Below, piece by piece: positions 11,008 through 19,701 of a stretch of 20,000 nucleotides of DNA. The notes under the pieces were generated by a model. That model searched no databases. It had not been told where the DNA came from and saw nothing but the letters and a program-made list of their open reading frames with translations. The position numbers and the translations under genes were made by a program. Source of the stretch: Chiloscyllium plagiosum. Taxonomy: Eukaryota. Position 1 is the stretch's first letter, and the number at the start of each line of letters is the position of its first letter. Location of the stretch: positions 73,248,340-73,268,339 of the forward strand of contig NC_057718.1 of assembly GCF_004010195.1 (NCBI RefSeq), in the 5' to 3' direction.

Positions 11008-12210
11008 TTTTTTTCAATTCACTTGTGAGTTGTGGGCATCATTGGCTGTTCCAATATTTATTGCCCATTCCTTGTTGCCCATAGTTGGTGAGCTGCCGTT
11101 TTGAGCAGCTGCAGACCGTATACTGTAGGCAGACCCATAATGCTGTTAGGGAGTGAATCCCAGAATTTTAAACCAACAACAGTGAAGGAACAGAGATAAA
11201 TTTCTCAGTCAGAATGGTGAGTGGCTTGGAAGGGATCTTGTCTGTGATAGTGTTCCTGTGTATCATGTATGTGGCCTTGTCCTTCTAAATAGAATTGGTC
11301 ATGGGCTTGAAAAATGTTGTCTAAGAAGTGTTAGTGAATTTCTGCAGGGCATCTTACAAATCGGACATTCTGCTACTTCTGAGCATTGCTGGTGGAGGCA
11401 GTGGATATTTGTGGATGTGGTGCCAATTAAGCTGCTGGTGTTGTTGGAGATGCACTTATCCAGACAAGAGGGAGTATTCCATCACCTGGCTTGTACCTTA
11501 TAGACAGGATTTGGTTAGTCAGGATGTGAGTTACTCGCTGTGGTATTCCTAGCCCTACGTATATATGACTAGTCCAGATCAGTTTCTTGCTAATAGTAAC
11601 CTCTAGGATGTTGATAGTGGGAGATTCAGGGATGGTAATGCCATTGAATGTCAAGGGGTGGTGGTGAGATTGTCTTTTGTTGGAGACAGTCATTACATGG
11701 CATTTGTGTGACACTAATGTCACTTGCCACTTTTCAGTCCTGTGTCTGCATGGGTTTCCTCCTACAGTACTCCGACAGTCCAAAGATGTGAAGGTTAAGT
11801 GAATTGGCTATGCCAAATTTCCCATTGTGTCCAGGGATGTGATGGCTAGGTGTATTAGTCATGGGAAATTCAGGGGGTTAAGGTAGGGGGAGGATCTGAG
11901 TGGGATGCTCTTTGGAAGGTTGGTGTGGACTCGATAGATCAAATAGCTTGTTTCCACACTGTAGGGACTCTGTGACTTAAGTATTTGGATATGGACTGCT
12001 TCAGTATCTGAGGAGATGCGAACAGTGCTGAAAATTGTTCAATCAACAGTGGACTTCTCCACCTCTGACTTTATGATGGAGGGAAGATCATTGATGATCC
12101 AGTTGAAGATGGTTGGGCCTCAGACATTACCCTGATAAACTGTAGAGATGTCCTGAAGCTGAGATGACTGACAGCCAACAACCACTCTCATCATCCTATG
12201 TGCCAGATAC
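11008..12210 (-). mobile_element. LINE 3' portion of a second CR1/L2-group family, interrupted by a SINE
   Basis: EKWQVTLVSHKCHVMTVSNKRQSHHHPLTFNGITIPESPTINILEVTISKKLIWTSHI (RT C-terminal region); RT continues at 11976-12210. Clade assignment uncertain. Confidence 0.75.
11738..11975 (+). mobile_element. HE1-like SINE, 5'-truncated
   Basis: tgtgtctgcatgggtttcctcc...cagtccaaagatgtg...gtgtggactcg...gtttccacactgtaggga, homologous to the SINE at 9657-9912. Confidence 0.85.
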
Positions 12211-12784
12211 AATTCCCTCATCACTTCTGTCATTGATGTCCCCTCTTCCCCTATAGCTCCCCTTTTGAACCCTTCAGAAAGTTTGATGGAAAGACACATA
12301 TGACTGTATTCATCCCAGACTTCTGACTGGCCTTGATGAACACACCCTAGATGCAGTTGACAACACCATTGACTCCTGTGTTTAGAGGTCCCCTACTGAA
12401 AACATTTGATTCCCCAGACTACTTCTGCTGACACTGCAGGATTGATTGCTGAACATCCCCTGTACTGTACCTGGACTGATCCCCGATCATGAGTGTCTCA
12501 AGTGGGCCACTGAATTTGTTGGAGTCCCTGGACAGTGCATAGACTGTGACCATGACTGATGGCACCAGGACTCCCTGACTGGCAGCACATCACCCATTCA
12601 CTCTACTGAGGACTAGCCTCTGACATGATCATTTGTGTGTAATGTGATTGCATCTCAGGCAGTTGACAGACTGTGTTAGATTGGCATCTTGGCATGCCCC
12701 TCAGAACAATACCATACTGACAAGCAGCCTGTCTAAGTGCCTGCACTGAAGAGCACTTAAAAATGGTAGTAGCAAAAGACTTTT

Positions 12785-12911
12785 CTCCACAGCTATCTGA
12801 TGAAGGAGCAACGCTCTGAAAATTAGTGCTTCCAAATAAACCTACTGGACCATAACCTAGTACTGTGTGATTTTTAACTTTGTCCACCCCAGTTCAACAC
12901 CGGCACCTCCA
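12785..12911 (+). mobile_element. Solo Penelope-like 3' end (same family as 9353-10147) with hammerhead motif at 12794-12828 and tail
   Basis: ctgatgaaggagcaacgctctgaaaattagtgcttccaaataaacc...tttttaactt matches ~10053-10147; followed by tgtccaccccagttcaacaccggcacctcca, close to the reverse complement of tail 9353-9384. Confidence 0.85.
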
Positions 12912-13394
12912 CATCATGCCGGAATAGAGGCAATCTTTCCAAATAACCAGCTTTGGTGCTGTGGGACTTCATTCCATTTAGAATAAAAACAGAAAGACCA
13001 ACAAGATCTCACCACTCACATCCTGTCACCTGCTGGCACACTACCCATGCCCAATGCTTCTTCCAACCTCCTATGGCCCTTCATTACTTCATAACTGGAT
13101 ATGCCTCCTCAAACACCCCCATGTCATTCATGTCACCATTGCAAATTATGCCCTCAAATAACCTGATTGGTCTATCCTGCAGCCTTATGACAGGCTATTC
13201 CTATGGTGATAGTTTGATATGTATATTAAGTTTAAGCAAAATCATATAATTTTCCACTGTGTTTAAAAAAATACTTCTTTCAATACAAGGCAATAAAAAT
13301 ATCAATCAGATGGCAGAGATCAAATAGCCAAAGCTTTCAATCAAACAGGGACTTGGTTCTTTCAATAAATAGTGGATGTCAGTGTTCTCAGCGA

Positions 13395-13542
13395 GGTTGA
13401 CAAGCAGAAGGCTAAGAGAACACAGCAAGCCAGGCAACATCAGGAGGTGGAGAAGTCGACTTCTTCACTTCCTGATGCTGCCTAGCTTGCGGTGTTATCC
13501 CAGCCTCCTGCTTGTCTATTTTGGATTTCAGCATCTGCAGCA
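13395..13542 (+). mobile_element. Penelope-like fold-back insert: 118-bp imperfect palindrome (13399-13516) + 26-nt tail, 10-bp TSD
   Basis: 59-bp arms centred on gtc|gac (13457/13458); ttctcagcga at 13385-13394 and 13543-13552; the arm matches the start of the PLE at 19108. Confidence 0.82.
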
Positions 13543-13661
13543 TTCTCAGCGAAGCATACATAATAAGAAAACAAATTACCAGTGCCTTTCTATGTAGTTT
13601 GTTGTAAATGCAGTATTTGGAAGAATTATTCAGTTTGTTCTTCATCTTTTTCTCTGTGAAG

Positions 13662-13846
13662 GATGTCCAGACTGTAGACTGAAGGAGAACACACGTTTCT
13701 CAAGAGCAGGGGCACCCATCTTCCAGTGTAAAGGCTGTTGTTTCTCCCGTGCTTATCCAACGCCAATGCGGTCCAAGAAAACAATGCTGGTTCCAAAGAA
13801 TATCACTTCAGAAGCAACATGCTGTGTAGCTAAATTATTTTCCAGG
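13662..13846 (+). CDS. CGA: Glycoprotein hormones alpha chain, second coding exon: (G)[61 protein letters not shown]
   Basis: Manual translation gives the alpha-subunit signatures [13 protein letters not shown] and [22 protein letters not shown], with N-glycosylation sequon NIT. Acceptor ttcttcatctttttctctgtgaag|, donor agg|gtaaga. 185 nt, phase 1 to phase 0, as in the tetrapod gene. Confidence 0.98.
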
Positions 13847-14387
13847 GTAAGACATCTGGATGAAGTCAAAAATTTTATTGCAAGAACAGACAATAAAATG
13901 TAATACATATAAGATATGGCAGTCTCGGAAATGGTTGAAGAGCTCCTCTTGTGAGCTTTTAGATGTTGAATTCTAATGCCTTTCATTAAGTAGGACACAA
14001 GTGTGGAAAGGATGCAATCATTACTGTGGTGTGCTTTTGCTGTTAATGCAGCTGCTGTTATTCTTTGTTATTTCTGCCCATTGTATCCCATCCATTTTAA
14101 ACTTTATTACAAAGGAAATATAATCTCATGTTTGCACAGATCTTTTCACACTTTCCACCACCTCTCCTCCCTTGTCCCTGAGATAAATAGCTAGTCTGCA
14201 ACTGCCTTCTGTCTCTCTCTGTGTAATGTAATTTCCCTACCCATGTCTGAGCAATAAAGGTAAATAAGGAGGTGGCAAACTGGTGAATCGGAGAGGGATC
14301 TGGAAGAAATGTAAACTTTAATGCAAACCCAAATGTAAATGAAATGCAAGAAGAGCATTGGAAAGAATAAGGTAACAGAAGACATTG

Positions 14388-14805
14388 AATTTTTTTTCTT
14401 TTCTCTGTGGATGTTGCTGGCAAGGCCATTTGGTTCCTATGCTGAAAATGTGTTGCTGGAAAAGCGCAGCAGGTCAGGCAGCATCCAGGGAACAGGAGAA
14501 TCGATGTTTCGGGCATAAGCCCTTCTTCAGGAAGGGCTTATGCCCGAAACGTCGATTCTCCTGTTCCCTGGATGCTGCCTGACCTGCTGCGTTTTTCCAG
14601 CAACACATTTTCAGCTCTGATCTCCAGCATCTGCAGACCTCACTTTCTCCTCCATTTGGTTCCTATGCCTAATTGCTCTTGAAAGAGTGGCTTGCTCAGT
14701 AATTTCAGAGGACTGTTAAAAGTCAATCACATTGCAATGGATCTACAGTTACATGCTGGCCAGACCAGGTAAGGATAGCAGATTTCCTTCCCTAAAGACA
14801 TTGCA
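14388..14805 (-). repeat. Decayed interspersed repeat whose left part resembles the terminus of the 11008 LINE; host of the insert 14441-14651
   Basis: T-rich start then gctggcaaggccattt...cctaattgctcttg resembles 11008-11085; continuous across the TSD. Family not identified. Confidence 0.5.
14441..14651 (+). mobile_element. Penelope-like fold-back insert: 85-bp arms (14441-14525, 14531-14615), 5-nt loop, 36-nt tail, 15-bp TSD
   Basis: Only 2 arm mismatches seen; ccatttggttcctat at 14426-14440 and 14652-14666 (17 bp with shared gc); minus strand reads CUGAAGA-A-GGGC uuau GCCC-GAAA-CA-UC. Confidence 0.88.
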
Positions 14806-14811
14806 GGATAG

Positions 14812-15040
14812 TATCACAAAAATCCTAGAATCCTTACAATGTGGAAGCAGACCATTTGTCCCATCAAGTCCACACTAAGCCTTTGAAGAGCATCCTGCCC
14901 AAACCAACCCTGTAACCCTGCATTTCCCATGGTTAATTAATCTCCAAACTCCATACAGACAGTTACCCAAGTCTGAAGTTGAACCCAAGTCCGTGGCACT
15001 ATGAGGCAACAGTGCTAACTACAGAGCCACCATAGCACCC
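14812..15040 (-). mobile_element. HE1-like tRNA-derived SINE, internally deleted
   Basis: Minus-strand head gggtgctatggtggctctgtagttagc (A box) ... gggttcaact (B box); 3' end like 9657-9740. Confidence 0.82.
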
Positions 15041-15079
15041 TAATAATTATTTTGCTTTATCGTTAGCAGTCAGAAAAAT

Positions 15080-15602
15080 AGATGCAGCATTGAAGCTGAA
15101 ATAAGTAGAAAGGTAATTGAATTTAAAATAGAAAGGATGTACTAAATAAAGAAATAAAACTCAAAGAGGATTTAGTTCCAGATGGATTGCATTCATATAT
15201 TATAAAAGAATCTAGGGAAGAGATAGAAAAAGCAATGTTCATATTTAATGATTCATTAGAAGAACATCTTTTGTAGATGACTGGCAAATAGCTGTCATAA
15301 TTTCTATATTTAAAAAGGGAGGCCAAACATGTTCAGGAAATTAAACATTTAGAAATGAGCAATGTAATAACAAATAACTAGCTTGGATGTCAAAAGGGAA
15401 GTCTCACTTGATTAGTTGAACTAAATCCTCTAAAGAAGTCACAGAGACAGTAGACAATGGCAATGTGGGACATGCAATTTAACTGTATTTTAAAAATAAC
15501 TTTAGTAAGCAGTCCCATAATAGACTAATGAATAACATGGAGTCAGAGAACCTAGTGCTGAACGGGTTACTAGTGGTCTTCATCACAGAAAGCAAAATAT
15601 GG
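15080..15602 (+). mobile_element. Very old CR1 RT N-terminal fragment
   Basis: VPDGLHSYIIKESREEIEKAM...DDWQIAVIISIFKKG; heavily decayed. Confidence 0.7.
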
Positions 15603-17351
15603 GAGCTATTGAGCTGTACAGCATGGAAACAGACCCTTTGTCCAAGTTGCCATATCGACCAGATATCCTAAATTAATCAAGTCCCCTTTGCCAGCATGTG
15701 GCCCATATTCCTTTAACCCTTTTCTGTTTATATACCTATCTAGGTGCCTTTGAAATGTTGTAATTGTACCAGCCTCCACCACTTCCTCTGGCAACTCATT
15801 CTGTGCACACACCACCCACTCTGTGGAAGTGTTGCCCCTTTGGTCCCTTTTAAATCTTTCCCCTCTCACCTTAAACCTCAGCCCTCTAATTTTGATTTTC
15901 CCCAACTCGGAGAAAAGACCTTGGCTATTCACCCTATTCATGCCCCTCATGATTTTATACACCTCTGTAAAGTTACCTCTCAGCTTCCGACACTCCAGGG
16001 AGAATAACCTTAACGTATTCACCCTCTTATTATGGCTCAAATCCTCCCAATCCTGGCAACATCCTTGTAAATCTTTTCTGGACCCTTTAAAGTTTCAAAA
16101 CATCCTTCCTATAGCAGAAAGACCCGAAGTGAAAGCAGTATTCCAAAAGTAACCTAACCAATGTCCTGTATAGCCACAACATGACCTCCCAGTTCTAACA
16201 CAGTGCATTGACCAATAAAGGCAAGCATACCAAGTGCTTTCTTCACTCTTCTGTCTTCCTGCAACTTTACTTTGAAGGAAATATGAATCTGCACTCCAAG
16301 GTCTCTTTGTTCAGCAGCACTCCCTAGGACCTTGGCTTTTAGTGTCTCAGTCCTGCCCTGATTTATTTTTCCAAGATGCAGCACCTCACATTTATCTAAA
16401 TTAAACTCCATCTGTCACCCCTCAGTCCATTGGCCCATCTGATCAAGGTCCCATTGTGCTCTAAGGTAGCCTTCATCGCTGGCCACTACACCTCCAATTT
16501 TGGTGTCATCTGCAAACTTACTAACCAAACTTCCTATGTTCATGTCCAAATCACTTATATAAATTATGAAAAACAGTGGAACCAGCACCGATCTTTATGG
16601 CACACTGCTCATCACAGGCCTTGGGTTTGAAAAGCAATCCTCCAACACCAACCTCTGTCTTCTAGCTTCAAGCCAGTTCTGTATCCAAATGACTAGTTAT
16701 CCCTATATTCCATGAGATTTAACCTTGTTAACCAGTCTACCATGAGGAAACTTGTCAGTTGCCTGACTGAAGTCCATACAGACAACACCCATCGTTTTGC
16801 CATATTGACTGTATGATTGAATGAATGCAAAGATTGATTCATTGAATGAATCAGTACTCTTTGAAACTCCTTCAGAAAACTCAAGTTGGTGAGACATGAT
16901 TTCCCACACAAAGCCATGTTGACAATCCCTAAACAGTCCTTACCTTTCCAAATCATATAAATCCTGTCCGCTCCAACAACTTGCCCACCACAGATACCAG
17001 GCTCACCAGTCTATACTTCCTATCTTTCTTAAATAATGGCACCACATTAGCCAACGTCTGGTCTTCTGGCACCTCACCTATGACTATCGATGATATAAAT
17101 ATCGTAGCAAGGGGCCCAACAATCACATCCTTAACTTTCCTCACGGTTCTTGGGCACACCTGACCAGGTCCCAGGGATTTATCCACCTTTATGTATTTTA
17201 AGACATCCAGCACCTCTTCCTCTGTAATATGGACATTTTTCAGGATGTTGTTTTTTTCCCCACATTCTATATCTTGCATATGCTTCTTCCATATGTATCT
17301 CCACCATCTCCTGCAGTTCCACACATAGGCGGCCTTGCTGATCTTTAAGGG

Positions 17352-17431
17352 ATTCTGGATTAGTGGTGCTGGAAGAGCACAGCAGTTCAGGCAGCATCCA
17401 AGGAGCAGTGAAATCGACGTTTCGGGCAAAA
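17352..17431 (-). mobile_element. Single arm of the 6117-family Penelope-like element, truncated within hammerhead helix II
   Basis: attctggattagtggtgctggaagagcacagc...gacgtttcgggcaaaag nearly identical to 6116-6196. Confidence 0.88.
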
Positions 17432-17433
17432 GG

Positions 17434-17906
17434 CTCTGTTTTGTGAGCAATACAGGCAGATCACAGATTTAAGTAGCATAGATAAGTAAATAATAGGTAA
17501 ACAGCGGCAAAAACAAAAACACTAGCACAAGCGAATGTTAAGTGTTTATGAGACCATTCAGTATTCTGACAATAGTGGGGTAGAAACTGTTTTGAAACCA
17601 GCTGGTGCATGTGTTCAGGCTTCTGTACCTTCTCCTCGATGGTAGAGGTTATACAAAAACATTGCCAGGGTGGGATGGATCTTTGAGAATGCTGGTGGCC
17701 TTTCCTTTATAGCAGGCCTGGTAGATGGATTCTATAGATGGGAGGTTGGCTTTTGTGATTCTCTTGGCTGTGTTCACCATTCTCTGTAATCATCGCCGAT
17801 CTTGAATGGTGCAGTTACCATGCCAGGTAGTGATACATCCAGACAGAATGCTCTCGATGGTGCACCTATAAAAGTTAGCAAGAGTCTTCACCGTCATGCC
17901 AAATTT
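17434..17906 (-). mobile_element. Rex1/Babar-type LINE 3' fragment
   Basis: KFGMTVKTLANFYRCTIESILSGCITTWHGNC...ILKDPSHPG...PLPSRRRYRS...FQNSFYP, characteristic of the Rex1/Babar post-RT region. Confidence 0.87.
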
Positions 17907-19107
17907 AGAATTCTTTTAGATTCTCCTCAACCCTATTTGCCAAATCTATCTCATGTTCCCTTTTAGTCTGCGTCATTTTCCTCTTAAGTATACTTTTACT
18001 GCCTTTATGCCCTTACTGGTGATTCCCTCCATTCCAGCTGTCTGCACCTTCTTGTGTCTTCTTTTTCTTGACCTTAACTTCCTGAGTCATCCAGCATTCC
18101 CTACAACTACCAGTCTTACCCTTCACCCTAACAGGAACATACTGTCTCTGGACCCTAGTTATCTCATTTTTGAAGGCTTCCCATTTTCCAGCCATCCCTT
18201 GACCAGCAAATATTGCCCCCAATCAATTATCGAAATTTCCTGCCTAATACTCTCAAAATTGACCTTCCTCCAATTTAGAATTGTAAATTCTAAATCTAGT
18301 CTATCCTTTTCCATCACTATTTTAAAAACTAATAGAAGTATGAACACTTGCCCCAAAGTGCTCCGCTTTGACATCTCGGTTACCTGCCCTACCTTATTTT
18401 CCAAGAGTAGGTCAAGTTGTACTCCTGCTCTAGTAGGTACATCCACATACTGAATCAGAAAATTTTCTTGTATTCACTTAACAAATTGCTCTCCATCCAA
18501 ACTCTTGACACTATGGCAGTCTCAGTCTATGTTTAGGGAGTTAAAACTCCCTACCATTACCACCTCATGATTCTTACAGATTACTGAGATCTCTTTACAT
18601 TTTTTTTCTCAATTTTTCACTGACAATTTGGGGGTGTGTGGAGGTGATTATCATTTTCTTATTTCTCAGTTCCATGCAAATAACTTCACCCTGGATGTAC
18701 CCTCAGGAATATCCTCCCTAAGTACAACTGTAATATTATCCCTAAAATAAACTCCCCTTCCTCTCTTGTCCTTATTGTGCTTCCCATAGCATCTGTGTCC
18801 TGGAACATTAAACTGCCAGTCCTGTCTATCCCTGAGCCATGTCTCTGTAATTGCTATGATATCCCAGTCCCATGTTCCCAACCATGCCCTTAGGACGCCT
18901 GCCTTACCTGATAGGCCTGTTGCATTGAAAGAAATGCAGTTTAATTTATCAGTCCTACCTCATTCTCTGTTTTGTTCCTGTTGCCTTAACTGTTTGACTT
19001 GCCCCTGTTCCCAACTGCGCCAGTCTCAGACCCTTTCTCACTATCTCCCAGGGTCCCATCCCCCACCAGTTAAAATCATCCCGAGCAGCTCTAGCAATTC
19101 TCTCCAG

Positions 19108-19434
19108 TAGACAAACAGGAGGTTGGAAGAACACAGCATCAGGAGGTGGAGAAGATGACGTTTCGAGTGTAAACCCTTCTTCAGGAGTGGGAGCAGCTGT
19201 AAGGTGAGCAGCAGATAAAGGGGGTTGGGAGTGCAGGATGGTACAAACTGGGTTGGTTGATGAAAGGAATGAGTCTGGCTGATGGCAAGAAGGAAGGGCT
19301 GATGAGAGGAATGGGAGGGAGCGGGGAGGGACTGGGAAGGGAGTTGGGTGATGGGAAGGATGATTATTTGAAAGTGGAGAACTCAATGTTGAATCCTCCA
19401 GGCTGTAGGCTGCCCAGGTGGAATTTGAAGTGTT
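19108..19434 (-). mobile_element. Penelope-like element 3' fragment: ORF C-terminus, pyrimidine-rich UTR, hammerhead motif (19157-19184)
   Basis: HFKFHLGSLQPGGFNIEFSTFK* (stop 19364-19366) resembles the PLE GIY-YIG C-terminal LxxLxPxGxN motif; CUGAAGA-A-GGGU uuac ACUC-GAAA-CG-UC. Confidence 0.85.
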
Positions 19435-19701
19435 AGAACATAGAACATAGAACATAGAACATAGAAGAATACAGCGCAGTACAGGCCCTTCGGCCCTCGA
19501 TGTTGCGCCGATCCAAGCCCACCTAACCTACACTAGCCCACTATCCTCCATATGCCTATCCAATGCCCGCTTAAATGCCCATAATGAGGGAGAGTCCACC
19601 ACTGCTACTGGCAGGGCATTCCATGAACTCACGACTCACTGAGTAAAGAACCTACCCCTAACATCTGTCCTATACCTACCCCCCTTTAATTTAAAGCTAT
19701 G
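19434..19701 (-). mobile_element. Short, young-looking CR1/HER1 3' fragment with (tagaaca)4 tail
   Basis: tagaaca x4 from 19434; ggcccttcggccc at 19484-19496; FFTQ*VVSSWNALP on the minus strand; many CpGs retained. Confidence 0.9.

Larger units (their letters stand above)
3722..13661 (+). other. CGA: CGA intron (GT-AG, 9940 nt), almost entirely transposon-derived
   Basis: Starts gtgaat, ends gtgaag; flanking exons join as G+GA = Gly. Confidence 0.9.
15606..19107 (-). mobile_element. CR1/HER1 LINE with nearly complete but disrupted ORF2 (APE + RT), 3' UTR and end of ORF1; interrupted at 17352-17906
   Basis: GTWDWDIIAITETWL; PTRAGVQLDLLLEN; IKVDKSLGP; ANVVPLFKK; DFSQATDKFPHGRL; MEFNLDKCEVLHLG; LFSLECRKLRG. 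Collinear across the insert (...LANRVEENLKEF / PLKDQQGRLCVE...). Confidence 0.93.

Noticed and set aside
14003..14194. Cys-containing 63-aa ORF just after the CGA exon
   Set aside because: No similarity to the CGA C-terminus, GTG start, no clear splice context.
13399..14615. Pairing between the two PLE inserts flanking the CGA exon (exon skipping or circRNA)
   Set aside because: Cross-similarity is short and partial; each insert's own hairpin should dominate.
14970..15040. tRNA gene (A/B boxes; also 9870-9912)
   Set aside because: Degenerate tRNA-derived SINE heads attached to SINE bodies; no full cloverleaf evident.
17953..18453. 166-aa hydrophobic + strand ORF (likewise 3794-4120, 4516-4824, 15823-16152)
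   Set aside because: Antisense shadow frames of minus-strand CR1 ORF2.
18955..19455. 166-aa Pro/Ser-rich minus-strand ORF
   Set aside because: Crosses three unrelated repeat fragments; composition reflects the pyrimidine-rich PLE UTR.
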